Positions 9,596-20,442 are shown, counted from the first letter of the stretch. The stretch: 62,018 nt of DNA from Pseudomonadota bacterium (GCA_023392975.1 JAEWNA010000348.1:1-62018), one strand, 5' to 3'. The notes: a model not told the origin generated them from the sequence alone. Program-made: numbers and translations.

Positions 9596-10387
9596 ATGCA
9601 GGCACTGGCGGCGCCCGACCTCGCACCCGACGCGCTGGGCAAACGCGAACGCTCCGCCGTCGCGGACATGACGGCACGGCTGCGCACGGCGAAGGGCCAC
9701 GACGATGTCGTGTCCTGCCTGACCGACATCCGCGAATGGCTCGATCTGCAGGAACTGCTGCTGTTCTCCTCGACGCTGTCGTATTCCGACCACCGCATCT
9801 ATGGCGTCGGCCATGATCCGGCGTGGATGGCACTGTATCTGCGCGAGGGGTTCGCCTATGCCGATCCGATCGTCAACGAGATCTTCGAGGGCGGCCGGTT
9901 CTTCCCGCGGCCGCCGCTGATCCGGCTCGGTGCCGCCGAGCGCAGGGCGTTCCCGCACGGGACCCTGTTTCGCCGGTTGAGCGACGCGGCCCGCGACTTC
10001 CGTCGGCCGCTGGACGGCTTTTCCGGCGGTCTGGTCGAAGGCGGCCGGTTCATGCTGATGTCGGCACCGATGCGCGACCGGGCCGACGCCGCCGACGGTG
10101 TCGGCCCGGTGCTCGCCGCGCTCTATCCCGCGATGATGCAGACCCTGATCCGCCTCGGCACCGCCGCGCCGTCGGATATCCGGCTCAGCCTGCGCGAATT
10201 GCACCTGCTCGAACTGCTGGCCGAGGGCCACAGCGACACCGAGATCGCGTCGACGCTCGGCATCGCGCAGGCGACGGTGCGCTTCCACCTGCAGAACCTG
10301 TTCCGGAAGCTGAAAGCGCGCAATCGCTGCCACGTGATCACGATGGCACACCGCCACGGGCTGCTGCCGATCCAGCGCCCCGGCTGA
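9596..10387 (+). CDS. LuxR-family regulator with autoinducer-binding domain (LuxR solo)
   Basis: W-x3-Y-x8-DP (WMALYLREGFAYADP); C-terminal HTH LSLRELHLLELLAEGHSDTEIASTLGIAQATVRFHLQNLFRKL; GGAG upstream of the ATG. Confidence 0.9.
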   Translation: MQALAAPDLAPDALGKRERSAVADMTARLRTAKGHDDVVSCLTDIREWLDLQELLLFSSTLSYSDHRIYGVGHDPAWMALYLREGFAYADPIVNEIFEGGRFFPRPPLIRLGAAERRAFPHGTLFRRLSDAARDFRRPLDGFSGGLVEGGRFMLMSAPMRDRADAADGVGPVLAALYPAMMQTLIRLGTAAPSDIRLSLRELHLLELLAEGHSDTEIASTLGIAQATVRFHLQNLFRKLKARNRCHVITMAHRHGLLPIQRPG

Positions 10388-10390
10388 ACT

Positions 10391-11110
10391 TCAGCCGGAC
10401 CAGCCCCCGCCCCCGCGCGGACGATGCTGGAAGGCCACTTCCTCGTACGGCTGCACCACCACCCAGCCCTCGCCCTGGAATTTCAGCTGCAGGCTTTCTC
10501 CCGAGCCGCGGCCGACGAAGGTCTTCAGGCTCACGTCCAGCACCAGCTCCGGCAGCAGCCCGCCGGACCAGGCCACGGTGGCGTTGGGATCGGTGAACAC
10601 CGGGCCGGTCGCGGCGCTCACCGGCAGGGTCAACGGATCGTAGTGCGAGGTGATGGCGACCAGCCCGTGGCCGTCGAGACGGACGTTGAACAGGCCGCCG
10701 CTGAGCATGCCGGCGGCCCGGCGCAGCATCCGGATCTCGCTGCCGATGCTCGACTCGAACGCGAGCACGTCGTTGCCGTTGATGAAGATCGGCTCGCCCT
10801 GCAGGCGCAGCAGCGTGATCTTCTTGCCGGCATCGGCCAGGTACACCCGCCCGCGGCCCTCGATCCGCATCAGGTGCATGCCCTCGCCGCTGATCGCCTT
10901 CTTGAACAGCGTGCCCAGGCCCTGTTCGAGCAGGCCCTGCCGGGTGAAGCGGATCTGGCCCTTGCGGGCGATCATCGCCCCGGCCTTGGCCCAGACCATG
11001 CCGTCGACGCGCGCTTCCAGCATGCGCTCGCTCTCCAGCTCGAACGGCGCGTCGACGAGGTCGCGCTCGCTGGTGTGGGCCAGGAATTCATCGAGGGTCT
11101 TGATCGACAT
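10391..11110 (-). CDS. AIM24 (DUF124) family protein
   Basis: [48 protein letters not shown] and VVVQP motifs. Confidence 0.85.
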   Translation of the reverse strand: MSIKTLDEFLAHTSERDLVDAPFELESERMLEARVDGMVWAKAGAMIARKGQIRFTRQGLLEQGLGTLFKKAISGEGMHLMRIEGRGRVYLADAGKKITLLRLQGEPIFINGNDVLAFESSIGSEIRMLRRAAGMLSGGLFNVRLDGHGLVAITSHYDPLTLPVSAATGPVFTDPNATVAWSGGLLPELVLDVSLKTFVGRGSGESLQLKFQGEGWVVVQPYEEVAFQHRPRGGGGWSG

Positions 11111-11249
11111 GACGCGTCCCGCATCGGATGACGGGCCATTGTGGCCGCGGAGGCCGGCAGGCACCACCGCAGCCCGGCGAACGCATTCGAGCACCGGCTC
11201 GTCCCCGCGCGGGTTAGAATTTCGCGGTTTGCCAGCCCCGGAGTTCCCC

Positions 11250-11966
11250 ATGTCGACCCTCGCCTACCGTCGCGTCCTGCTCAAACTCTCCGGCGAGGCC
11301 CTGATGGGCGACGAGGACTACGGCATCGACCCCAAGGTCATCGGCCGGCTCGCCCGGGAGGTCATCGAGGCCCGCGAGGCCGGCGCCGAGATCGCGCTGG
11401 TGATCGGCGGCGGCAACATCTTCCGCGGCGCGGGCCTGGCCGCCGGCGGCATGGACCGGGTGACCGGCGACCAGATGGGCATGCTCGCCACGGTCATCAA
11501 CGCGCTGGCGATGCAGGACGCGCTGGAGAAGCTCGGCGCCAAGTGCCGGGTGATGAGCGCGATCAAGATCAACGACGTGTGCGAGGACTACATCCGTCGC
11601 CGCGCGGTGCGCCACCTCGAGAAGGGCCGCATCACCATCTTCGCCGCCGGTACCGGCAACCCGTTCTTCACCACCGACTCGGGCGCCGCGCTGCGCGCGA
11701 TCGAGATCGGCGCCGACCTGCTGCTGAAGGCGACCAAGGTCGACGGCGTCTACGACAAGGACCCGAAGAAGCACGCCGACGCGACCCGCTACGACACCCT
11801 CACCTACGACGAGGTCATCGCCCGCGACCTGCAGGTGATGGACACCGCCGCGTTCGCGCTGTGCCGCGACAGCGCGCTGCCGCTGCGGATCTTCGACATG
11901 AGCCAGCCGGGGATGCTGCTGAAGATCCTGCGCGGCGACAAGATCGGGACGCTGGTCACCGCCTGA
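11250..11966 (+). CDS. pyrH: UMP kinase
   Basis: [27 protein letters not shown]. Confidence 0.99.
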   Translation: MSTLAYRRVLLKLSGEALMGDEDYGIDPKVIGRLAREVIEAREAGAEIALVIGGGNIFRGAGLAAGGMDRVTGDQMGMLATVINALAMQDALEKLGAKCRVMSAIKINDVCEDYIRRRAVRHLEKGRITIFAAGTGNPFFTTDSGAALRAIEIGADLLLKATKVDGVYDKDPKKHADATRYDTLTYDEVIARDLQVMDTAAFALCRDSALPLRIFDMSQPGMLLKILRGDKIGTLVTA

Positions 11967-12021
11967 TCGCCGCCCGGGGCGCGGGTCGGCTCAGCGATCC
12001 GACGCGATCTCCCGAAGGCCA

Positions 12022-12064
12022 CGCAACGCGAAACGGCGCCCCGAGGGCGCCGTTTCGCGTTGCG
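12022..12064. terminator. Long hairpin between convergent pyrH and the S9 peptidase gene
   Basis: Perfect 20-bp stem CGCAACGCGAAACGGCGCCC-cga-GGGCGCCGTTTCGCGTTGCG. Confidence 0.75.
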
Positions 12065-12080
12065 CGACGGGAAGGCGCCG

Positions 12081-14069
12081 TCAGTCCTTCTTCGCGGGCG
12101 CCACCGGTGTGCGGCCGCCCAGGGACTTGTGGAAGAAGTTCAGCAGGTTCGTGTAGTAATCGCGTTCGTTTTCCAGCTTGTAGAAGCCGTGGCCTTCGGT
12201 CGGGTAATAGTGGGCCTCGACCGGCACGCCGGCGGCGCGCAGCGCCTTCTCCATCATCTGGGTGTGCTGGATCGGCGCCCGTTCGTCCTCGCCGCCGGCG
12301 GCGAGCAGCACCGGCACCTTGATGCGGTCGGCCATCCGCGTCGGGGACGCTTTCGCGACTTCGTCGCGGGGCCCGATCCACTCGGTGACGAAGTTCCTGC
12401 CCGAACCGGATTCACGGATATCGCCGTCCGTATGCATCGTCGGCAGGTCGTAGACGCCCACGTAGCCCACGGCGCAGCGGTACAGCGACGGCTCCTTCGC
12501 GGCGCCCATCAGCGCCGCGTACGCGCCGTAGCTCGCGCCGTAGATGCAGATGCGGTCCGGGTCGGCCAGGCCCTGCGCGATCGCCCAGCGCGTCGCGTCG
12601 GTGACGTCGTCCTGCATGGTCCCGCCCCACTGGCGACGGCCGGCTTCCTTGAAGGCCCGCCCGTAGCCGCCGGACCCGCGGAAGTTCACCTGCAGCACGG
12701 CGTAACCGTGCGCGGCCAGCATCTGCACGTCGCGATCGTAGCCCCAGACATCGCGGATGCCGAACGGTCCGCCGTGCACGTACACGATCATCGGCAGCTT
12801 GCCCAACGTCGCGCCCGCGGGCGATGCGAGGTAGCCGTGGATGCGCTTGCCGTCGCGCGAGGCGAAATCGACGGGCGCCACCTTCACCGTGCGCTCCGGA
12901 TCCACCCAGTCCTGACGGCTGAGCACGTAGGTGGCCTTGTTCGATGTCGCGTCGAACACGTAGAAATCACCCGGACTGCGGTCCGACTCGACGAAGACCA
13001 GCGCCAGGTCGCCACCGGTGGTGGTGGAGGTGATGGTCACGTTCTTCTGCGGGAACGCGCGCTCCAGCTTGCGGTAGAGGGTCGCGTATTTCGACTGCGG
13101 ATCGAAGAATTCCTTGCGCGGCAGGCCATCCATCACCTCGACGCCAACCAGTGCGTCGCCCACGTAGAGCGCCTCCGGATCCGTGTCGTCGTCACGGTAG
13201 ACCTCGTGGCTCTTGCCGGTCTCGGGGTCCCACGCGTCGATCGAATCCGGGCCCTGGTCGTGCTCGACGAGGAAATAGGCGAGCTTGTCGTCCGCGGAGA
13301 AGCCGATCGGCGTCTTCGACATGCCCGAAACCACGGTGTCGTTGACGAGCGTCCACTCGCCGCCTTCGGGCTTGCGGTAGTAGGTCCGGGTGCTGAGATC
13401 GATGTCCTCGCCCATCGCGAGGCGGACGTTGCCGGCATGGTCGGTGACGAAGCTCGCATTGCGGACGGGCGCGACGGTGATGCCGATGCGCTGGCCGGTA
13501 TAGACGTTCATGCGCTCGGCGCGCGTGAAGGGGTCGCGGGTGAAGGGGCTGACCGCGATGACGACGTATTTGTCGTCCCCGGGCAGGTCGTCGACGAGAT
13601 ACGCCGCCACCGCCTCGACCTTCTTCCGCTGGACACGCGTCCCCAGGCCGCTGCGCACCCGCTGTCCCACGAGAAGGTCACCACGGCTGCCGTCGAAATT
13701 GATCGCATACAGTTCGCCGGTGGGCTGCGGGGCTTCGAGTTCGCCGATTTTTTCCGCACCGCTGAACAGGACGCGCTCGTCGTTCACCCACCAGAAGTTG
13801 CTGATCTCGGTCCGGTCCCCGGGGATCGCCGTGGTGGTCATCACCTTGTTGTCGGCCCGGCGCAGGATGACCAGCATGGTCTTGCGCTCGACCGGGACCG
13901 TCGCCGCAAGATACTCGCCCGTCGGCGAAATCTTCAGGCGCCGGAACTTGTCCTTGCGGATGAAATCCTCGAGGTCGTGCGGTGCGGACGACTGCGCCGG
14001 TGCGGGCGCGGGCACGAACAGGGCGGCGACCGACAGCAATGCGGCGATCAAGGCGGCAGGTGACTTCAT
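12081..14069 (-). CDS. S9 family (prolyl oligopeptidase-like) exported peptidase
   Basis: Signal peptide; VHGGP; NFRGSGGYG; nucleophile GASYG; EDER; EGHGF. Confidence 0.92.
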   Translation of the reverse strand: MKSPAALIAALLSVAALFVPAPAPAQSSAPHDLEDFIRKDKFRRLKISPTGEYLAATVPVERKTMLVILRRADNKVMTTTAIPGDRTEISNFWWVNDERVLFSGAEKIGELEAPQPTGELYAINFDGSRGDLLVGQRVRSGLGTRVQRKKVEAVAAYLVDDLPGDDKYVVIAVSPFTRDPFTRAERMNVYTGQRIGITVAPVRNASFVTDHAGNVRLAMGEDIDLSTRTYYRKPEGGEWTLVNDTVVSGMSKTPIGFSADDKLAYFLVEHDQGPDSIDAWDPETGKSHEVYRDDDTDPEALYVGDALVGVEVMDGLPRKEFFDPQSKYATLYRKLERAFPQKNVTITSTTTGGDLALVFVESDRSPGDFYVFDATSNKATYVLSRQDWVDPERTVKVAPVDFASRDGKRIHGYLASPAGATLGKLPMIVYVHGGPFGIRDVWGYDRDVQMLAAHGYAVLQVNFRGSGGYGRAFKEAGRRQWGGTMQDDVTDATRWAIAQGLADPDRICIYGASYGAYAALMGAAKEPSLYRCAVGYVGVYDLPTMHTDGDIRESGSGRNFVTEWIGPRDEVAKASPTRMADRIKVPVLLAAGGEDERAPIQHTQMMEKALRAAGVPVEAHYYPTEGHGFYKLENERDYYTNLLNFFHKSLGGRTPVAPAKKD

Positions 14070-14087
14070 GATTCCCCCAAACGGATG

Positions 14088-15017
14088 TCAGGCTCGGTGT
14101 GCGCCGGAACGGGTCCCGTGCATGGCAGGTGTCAGCGCATCGAGCGTGGCGGACAGTGTATCGCCCCATGCGGCGAAGGTCGTGTGCAGGTCGGACTGCA
14201 ATCGCGCGGTGTCCAGCACCGAATACGCCGGCCGGGCCGCGGGCGTCGGATAGTCCGCGGTCGCGATCGGTTCGACCGGCACGGCGCGCGGAAGCAGGCC
14301 GCGCGCATGCGCGCCGGCGACGATGGCCGTCGCGAATCCGTGCCAGGTCGTCTGGCCCGATGCGGTGAGGTGGCGGATGCCGGACACGCCGGGCTTCGCG
14401 AGCGCCAGCGCAGTGACGTCGGCGATCAGCGCGGCGGAGGTCGGCGTGCCGGTCTGGTCGGCGACGACGCGCAGCACGTCGCGTTCGGCGGCGAGGCGCA
14501 GCATCGTGCGCAGGAAGTTCTTGCCGTGCGCGGCGTACACCCAGGCCGTGCGCAGGATCAGGTGATCGGCGCCGGCCCCGGCGATCGCCACTTCGCCGGC
14601 GAGCTTGCTCGCGCCGTACACGCCCGCAGGCCCCGTGGGATCGTCCTCGCGATACGGCCGCGAGCCGCGACCGTCGAAGACGTAGTCGGTGGAATAGTGG
14701 ACCAGCCGCGCGCCGCGCGCCGCGCAGGCTTCGGCGATACGCGCGGGCGCTTCCGCATTCGCGCGGAACGCGGCGTCGCGATCGCTCTCGGCGCGATCGA
14801 CGGCGGTGTACGCGGCGGCATTGACGACGATCTCCGGTGCGACGCGTTCGATCAGCGCCGGCAACGATGCAGGCGCGTCGAAGTCGGCGATCTCGCAGGC
14901 GCTGCCGTCGTCCAGCGTGCCGCTGCGCGTGGTCGCGACCACGTCGCCCAGCGGCGCGAGGCTGCGCCGCAATTCCGTGCCGACCTGTCCATTGGCCCCG
15001 AACAGCAGGATGCGCAT
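14088..15017 (-). CDS. rmlD: dTDP-4-dehydrorhamnose reductase
   Basis: GANGQVG, NAAAYTAVD, STDYVFDG, YGASK. Confidence 0.96.
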   Translation of the reverse strand: MRILLFGANGQVGTELRRSLAPLGDVVATTRSGTLDDGSACEIADFDAPASLPALIERVAPEIVVNAAAYTAVDRAESDRDAAFRANAEAPARIAEACAARGARLVHYSTDYVFDGRGSRPYREDDPTGPAGVYGASKLAGEVAIAGAGADHLILRTAWVYAAHGKNFLRTMLRLAAERDVLRVVADQTGTPTSAALIADVTALALAKPGVSGIRHLTASGQTTWHGFATAIVAGAHARGLLPRAVPVEPIATADYPTPAARPAYSVLDTARLQSDLHTTFAAWGDTLSATLDALTPAMHGTRSGAHRA

Positions 15018-15024
15018 CGCCGGC

Positions 15025-15585
15025 TCAGCCTTCGAACACCGGCAGGCGCTCGGGCGCGACGTCCTCCAGGAACGGCGCCTTCGCGTCCTTGTCCGACAGC
15101 GTCGGCGCAGAGACCGGCCAGTCGATCGCGAAGGCCGCGTCGTTCCAGCGGACCGCGGCGTCGGCCTCGCGGTCGTAGGGTTCAGTGCACAGATACGTGA
15201 ACACCGCGCGCTCGCTGAGGGTGACGAACCCGTGCGCGAAACCGGGCGGAATCCAGAAGTGGCGCTTGTTCTCCGCGCTCAGCACGACCGCGGTCCAGCG
15301 GCCGAAGGTCGGCGAACCGCGGCGGATGTCCACCGCCACGTCCCACACTTCGCCCTCGATCACCGAGACGTACTTGCCCTGCGGCCGCGGCCACTGGTAA
15401 TGCAGGCCGCGCAACACGCCGCGCGCGGAGGACGACACGTTGCCCTGCACGAACGGCGGCAGGGTCAGTCCTTCGGCGGCGAGCCGCGGGGCGTTGAACG
15501 ACTCGAAGAAGAAGCCGCGGCTGTCGCCGAACACCTGCGGTTCGACGATCACGCAGCCGGGAAGATCGGTCTCGACGATGCGCAT
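15025..15585 (-). CDS. rmlC: dTDP-4-dehydrorhamnose 3,5-epimerase
   Basis: FGDSRGFFFE, LRGLHYQ, GFAHGF. Confidence 0.97.
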   Translation of the reverse strand: MRIVETDLPGCVIVEPQVFGDSRGFFFESFNAPRLAAEGLTLPPFVQGNVSSSARGVLRGLHYQWPRPQGKYVSVIEGEVWDVAVDIRRGSPTFGRWTAVVLSAENKRHFWIPPGFAHGFVTLSERAVFTYLCTEPYDREADAAVRWNDAAFAIDWPVSAPTLSDKDAKAPFLEDVAPERLPVFEG

Positions 15586-15598
15586 TCGGACTCCGCGA

Positions 15599-16486
15599 TC
15601 AGGGCACGAAGCCGCGCTCGGCCAGGCCGAGCAGGTATTCGCCGTAGCCGTTCTTCGACAGCGGCTTCGCCAGCGCTTCGAGCTGGACGTCGTCGATCCA
15701 GCGGTTGTTCCAGGCGATCTCTTCCGGACAGCACACGCGCAGGCCCTGTCGCGCTTCGATGGTCTCGATGTAGTTCGAGGCCTCCAGCAGCGACTGGTGG
15801 GTGCCGGTGTCCAGCCACGCGTAACCGCGGCCGAGGCGCTGCAGGTGCAGATCGCCGGTGTCCAGGTACATGCGATTGAGATCGGTGATCTCCAGCTCGC
15901 CGCGCGGCGACGGCTTCAGCGCCGCGGCGAACTCGCTGGCGCGGCCGTCGTAGAAATACAGGCCGGTGACGGCGTAGTTCGAGCGCGGCTTGGCCGGCTT
16001 TTCCTCCAGCCCGACCACGCGGCCGTCGCCGTCGAACTCGGCCACGCCGTAGCGCTCCGGATCGCGCACCCAGTAGCCGAACACGGTGGCGCCCTGCTGG
16101 CGGGCATCGGCTTCGCGCAGCATCGCGGTCAGGCCGGGGCCGTGGAAGATGTTGTCGCCGAGGACCAGACAGCTCGGCTTGCCGTCGACGAACTCGCGAC
16201 CGATGAGATACGCCTGCGCCAGTCCGTCCGGACTCGGCTGCACCGCGTATTCGATGCGCATGCCCCACTGCGAACCGTCGCCGAGCAGTGTCTGGAACAG
16301 CGCCTGCTCGTGCGGGGTGTTGATCACCAGCACCTCGCGGATGCCGGCAAGCATCAGCACGCTCAGCGGGTAGTAGATCATCGGCTTGTCGTACACCGGC
16401 AGCAGCTGCTTGCTGATCGCCTGGGTGATCGGATACAGCCGCGTGCCGGAGCCGCCGGCGAGGATGATGCCGCGCCGCGCCGTCAT
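15599..16486 (-). CDS. rmlA: Glucose-1-phosphate thymidylyltransferase
   Basis: [36 protein letters not shown]. Confidence 0.98.
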   Translation of the reverse strand: MTARRGIILAGGSGTRLYPITQAISKQLLPVYDKPMIYYPLSVLMLAGIREVLVINTPHEQALFQTLLGDGSQWGMRIEYAVQPSPDGLAQAYLIGREFVDGKPSCLVLGDNIFHGPGLTAMLREADARQQGATVFGYWVRDPERYGVAEFDGDGRVVGLEEKPAKPRSNYAVTGLYFYDGRASEFAAALKPSPRGELEITDLNRMYLDTGDLHLQRLGRGYAWLDTGTHQSLLEASNYIETIEARQGLRVCCPEEIAWNNRWIDDVQLEALAKPLSKNGYGEYLLGLAERGFVP

Positions 16487-17538
16487 GCCGCCGCTCCGAT
16501 ACGCTCGAGGCGGTAGCTGCCGTCGAGCACTCGCGCCACCCAGTCCTGGTGGTCGAGGTACCAGTCGACGGTGCGTGCGATGCCCTGCTCGAAGCTCACC
16601 GACGGCGCCCAGCCGAGTTCCGACTTCAGTTTGGTCGCATCGATGGCGTAGCGGCGGTCGTGGCCTGGACGATCCTTGACGAACGCGATCAGCGATTCGC
16701 GCGCGCGACCGTCCGCGAGCGGACGACGCGCGTCGAGCAGCGCGCAGATCGTCTTCACGACGACGATGTTCTCGCGCTCGGCGTCGCCACCGACGTTGTA
16801 GACCTCGCCCACCCGGCCGCGCTCGAGCACGGCGCGGATCGCACTGCAGTGGTCGCCGACGTACAGCCAGTCGCGGATGTTGCGGCCGTCGCCGTAGACC
16901 GGCAGCGTCTCGCCGGCCAGCGCCTTCGCGATGATCAGCGGGATGAGCTTTTCGGGGAACTGGTACGGGCCGTAATTGTTCGAGCAGTTCGTGGTGAGCG
17001 TCGGCAGGCCGTAGGTGTGGTGGAAGGCGCGGACCAGGTGGTCCGAGGCGGCCTTCGACGCGGAGTACGGCGAGTTCGGCGCATACGGCGTGGTCTCGGT
17101 GAACTGCCCGGTGTCGCCGAGCGAGCCGTAGACCTCGTCGGTCGACACGTGCAGGAAGCGGAAGGCCTCTCGCGCATCGCCTTCGAGCGCCTTCCAGTAG
17201 TCGCGGGCGCATTCGAGCAGACTCAGCGTGCCGACGACGTTGGTCTGCACGAACGCCGCGGGGCCGTCGATCGAGCGGTCGACGTGGCTTTCGGCGGCGA
17301 AGTTGACGATGGCGTCGGGGCGGTGGGTCGCCAGCAGCGAGGCGACCAGGTCGCGATCGCCGATGTCGCCGCGCACGAAGACGTGATCCGGATTCCCGTC
17401 CAGCGCGGCGAGGGTGTCGCGGTTGCCGGCGTAGGTCAGCGCGTCGAGATTGATGACGCGGACGCCCTTCGCGACGGCCTCCAGCACGAAATTTCCCCCG
17501 ATGAAACCGGCGCCGCCGGTCACGAACCATGTCGGCAC
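16483..17538 (-). CDS. rmlB: dTDP-glucose 4,6-dehydratase
   Basis: [30 protein letters not shown]. Confidence 0.98.
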   Translation of the reverse strand: MPTWFVTGGAGFIGGNFVLEAVAKGVRVINLDALTYAGNRDTLAALDGNPDHVFVRGDIGDRDLVASLLATHRPDAIVNFAAESHVDRSIDGPAAFVQTNVVGTLSLLECARDYWKALEGDAREAFRFLHVSTDEVYGSLGDTGQFTETTPYAPNSPYSASKAASDHLVRAFHHTYGLPTLTTNCSNNYGPYQFPEKLIPLIIAKALAGETLPVYGDGRNIRDWLYVGDHCSAIRAVLERGRVGEVYNVGGDAERENIVVVKTICALLDARRPLADGRARESLIAFVKDRPGHDRRYAIDATKLKSELGWAPSVSFEQGIARTVDWYLDHQDWVARVLDGSYRLERIGAAA

Positions 17539-17632
17539 GCGTGGACTCCTTGGTTGCTGGAAACGACCGGCGGATTGTACCCGCCGGACCGCGGCGGCCA
17601 GCGGTTCGCCGCTGCGAAGCTGAACGCCCGGG

Positions 17633-18349
17633 TCAGGCCGCGTCCCAGACGCAGCGGCCGGACTTCTTGCGGAGCACCTCCAGCCGCGCCGCGTGGGCGG
17701 CCAGTTCCGCCTCGGTGGCCCGGACCCGCGGGCGCAGGCTGGCGTCGGCGATGGCGTGGGCGAACGCCGCCTCCACGCCCGGGCCGCCGCCGTCGGTGAC
17801 GGCCGGCTGGCCGAAGCCGATCTCGCTCTGGCCCGAGGTCAGGGCGAGGTAGACCTCGGCCAGCAACTGGGCGTCGAGCAGCGCGCCGTGGAGCTGGCGG
17901 TGGGCGTTGTCCACGCCCAGCCGCCTGCACAGCGCGTCGAGCGAATTGCGCTGGCCCGGATAGCGCTTGCGCGCCATGTCCAGCGAGTCCTCGATCCCCG
18001 CCACGCGATCGTGGAGGCGGCCGTACTGCGGCCCGAGCAGCGACAGTTCGTGGTCGAGGAAGCCGACGTCGAACGCGGCGTTGTGGATGATCAGCTCGGC
18101 ACCGTCGACGAAGTCGAGGAAGGCATCGGCGATCTCGGCGAACTTTGGCTTGTCGGCGAGGAATTCCAGGGTGAGGCCGGTGACTTCCTGCGCGCCGGGC
18201 TCGAATTCGCGCTCCGGGTGGATGTATTGCTGCCAGGTGCGGCCGGTGGGGCGGCGCTCGACCAGCTCCACGCAGCCGATCTCGACGACGCGGTTGCCCT
18301 TCTTCCACTCCAGGCCGGTGGTTTCGGTATCGAGGACGATCTGCCTCAT
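17633..18349 (-). CDS. dnaQ: DNA polymerase III subunit epsilon
   Basis: [21 protein letters not shown]. Confidence 0.97.
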   Translation of the reverse strand: MRQIVLDTETTGLEWKKGNRVVEIGCVELVERRPTGRTWQQYIHPEREFEPGAQEVTGLTLEFLADKPKFAEIADAFLDFVDGAELIIHNAAFDVGFLDHELSLLGPQYGRLHDRVAGIEDSLDMARKRYPGQRNSLDALCRRLGVDNAHRQLHGALLDAQLLAEVYLALTSGQSEIGFGQPAVTDGGGPGVEAAFAHAIADASLRPRVRATEAELAAHAARLEVLRKKSGRCVWDAA

Positions 18350-18828
18350 GCGCGACCACTCCCGGCGCGGAACGCGACCGCCTGGTCGCGGGCGAGCGTG
18401 TCGACCCGTTCGTTGTCGGGATCGCCGGAATGGCCTTTCACCCAGCGCCAGTCGACCGTGTGCCGCTGCGCGACCGCATGCAGGCGTTCCCACAGGTCGC
18501 GGTTCTTCACCGGATCGCCGCCGGCGGTCTTCCAGTGCCGGCGCAGCCAGTTCGGCATCCACTCGGTGATGCCCTGGCGGACGTACTGCGAATCGGTGAA
18601 CAGGATCACCGCGCAGGGCCGGCTGAGCGACTCCAGGCCCATGATCGCGGCCATCAGCTCCATCCGGTTGTTGGTGGTCTGCGGCTCGCCCCCGGCGATC
18701 TCGCGTTCGGTGGCGTTGTAGCGCAGCAGCGCGGCCCAGCCGCCGGGACCGGGATTGCCCAGGCAGGCGCCGTCAGTGTGGATCTCGACCTGCTTCAGGC
18801 CCGGGGCGGGCGTGGCGGACGCGTTCAA
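18346..18828 (-). CDS. rnhA: Ribonuclease HI
   Basis: [26 protein letters not shown]. Probable TTG start overlapping the upstream stop. Confidence 0.96.
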   Translation of the reverse strand: MNASATPAPGLKQVEIHTDGACLGNPGPGGWAALLRYNATEREIAGGEPQTTNNRMELMAAIMGLESLSRPCAVILFTDSQYVRQGITEWMPNWLRRHWKTAGGDPVKNRDLWERLHAVAQRHTVDWRWVKGHSGDPDNERVDTLARDQAVAFRAGSGRA

Positions 18829-19487
18829 GCGGTGGGGACTCCTTCGGCGATCGCCAGCGGCAGCCGCGGGCGGATCGGGGTGATGGGCAGGGCGCGCTTC
18901 TCGGCGCGCTGCAGGAAGGCGGCGCGCAGGCCGACGCCGGATTGCAGGGTCGGCGACGCGGTCGGCGACCACTGCGGACCGATGCCCTGGGCCGCCGGCT
19001 CCGGCGCCAGCCCGGCATCGGCGATGCGTCGACGCCAGGCGACCGGTTCCCGCGCGACCAGGCGCCGACCGCGCCAGCGCAGGCGGTAGGGCGAGTGCGG
19101 ATTCAGCGCCAGCAGCGCCAGCCGCCCCCCGGGCACCAGGACCCGGGCGCACTCTTCCAGCAGGGCCGCGGCCTCGCCGGGCCCTTCACCAGGGACATGC
19201 TGGAGGACGATCGCCCCCAGCGACTCACTGGGAAGCGGCAGCGGGAACCCGCAGCGGATCGGGCCCACCCAACCGGTGCCGCTGGCCGCCAGGCGCAGGC
19301 CGCGGCCTTCGGGCGCCTCGCCCTCCAGCGACGGCGACAGCCACAGCCAGGGCAGGCCGATCACCGGGTGCGCGGCCAGCGCATCCGCGACCACCGTGGT
19401 CTCACTGTCGAGCACCGCGCGCCCGGCCGGCAGCGCGAACCACTGCATCGCGGCGTCGGACGAAGGTTGGTGGGACAATGCGGGCAT
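18825..19487 (-). CDS. YafS-like class I SAM-dependent methyltransferase-like protein
   Basis: [15 protein letters not shown] and [10 protein letters not shown]; conserved position between gloB and rnhA. Confidence 0.75.
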   Translation of the reverse strand: MPALSHQPSSDAAMQWFALPAGRAVLDSETTVVADALAAHPVIGLPWLWLSPSLEGEAPEGRGLRLAASGTGWVGPIRCGFPLPLPSESLGAIVLQHVPGEGPGEAAALLEECARVLVPGGRLALLALNPHSPYRLRWRGRRLVAREPVAWRRRIADAGLAPEPAAQGIGPQWSPTASPTLQSGVGLRAAFLQRAEKRALPITPIRPRLPLAIAEGVPTA

Positions 19488-19566
19488 TGCGACATTGTAT
19501 GCCGTCGCTTCGCGCCGCCGCCCCCAGCCCCACCTCACGCCGCCACTTCCGGCTACTGTCCCGACC

Positions 19567-20352
19567 ATGCGCCTGATTGCCCTGCCCGCCTTCGACGACA
19601 ACTACCTCTGGGCCCTCGTCGCCGACGACGGCGCCGCGGTGGTGGTCGATCCGGGCGACGCCACGCCGGTGCTCGCCGCCGCGGACGACGGCCTGCGGCC
19701 GGTCGCGGTGCTGGTCACCCACCATCACGGCGACCACATCGGCGGCCTGCCGGCGCTGCTGGCCCGCTGGCCCGGGCTCGCGATCCATGCCCCGCACGAC
19801 GACCGCATCCCACACGCCATGCAGCGGGTCGGCGACGGCGACCGGATCGAGGCGCTGGGGCGGACGTTCGAAACCCTGGCCGTCCCCGGGCACACCCGCA
19901 GCCACGTCGCCTACGTCTGCGCGGCGCCGGGCGGCACGGACGCCGGCATCGCGTTCTGCGGCGACACCCTGTTCAGCCTCGGCTGCGGGCGGCTGTTCGA
20001 AGGCACGCCGGCGCAGATGCTGGCCTCGCTGGACCGCCTCGCCGCGCTGCCCGGCGACACCCGGGTCTGCTGCGCCCACGAGTACACCGCCTCGAACGCC
20101 TCCTTTGCGCAGGTCGTCGATCCCGGCAACGCCGCCCTGCGCGCCCGCACGGACGAGGTGCGCGCGCTGCGCGCCGCGGGCGCGTCTACGCTGCCGTCGA
20201 CGATCGCGCTGGAGCGGGCGACCAACCCGTTCCTGCGCTGCGGCGAGGCCGCCGTGCGCGAGGCCGCCGCGACGCGGCTCGGGCATGCGCCGGCCGATCG
20301 CATCGACACCTTCGCCGCGCTGCGTGCCTGGAAGGACGGCTTCCGCGCCTGA
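19567..20352 (+). CDS. gloB: Hydroxyacylglutathione hydrolase (glyoxalase II)
   Basis: [35 protein letters not shown]. Confidence 0.96.
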   Translation: MRLIALPAFDDNYLWALVADDGAAVVVDPGDATPVLAAADDGLRPVAVLVTHHHGDHIGGLPALLARWPGLAIHAPHDDRIPHAMQRVGDGDRIEALGRTFETLAVPGHTRSHVAYVCAAPGGTDAGIAFCGDTLFSLGCGRLFEGTPAQMLASLDRLAALPGDTRVCCAHEYTASNASFAQVVDPGNAALRARTDEVRALRAAGASTLPSTIALERATNPFLRCGEAAVREAAATRLGHAPADRIDTFAALRAWKDGFRA

Positions 20353-20442
20353 TCGCGGGCCGCGGCAGCGCCCGACCATACGGGCGCCCACGGTGGGACC
20401 CGCGTGGCACACTAGCCGCCCCGACGAAAGACGAGACCGCCC

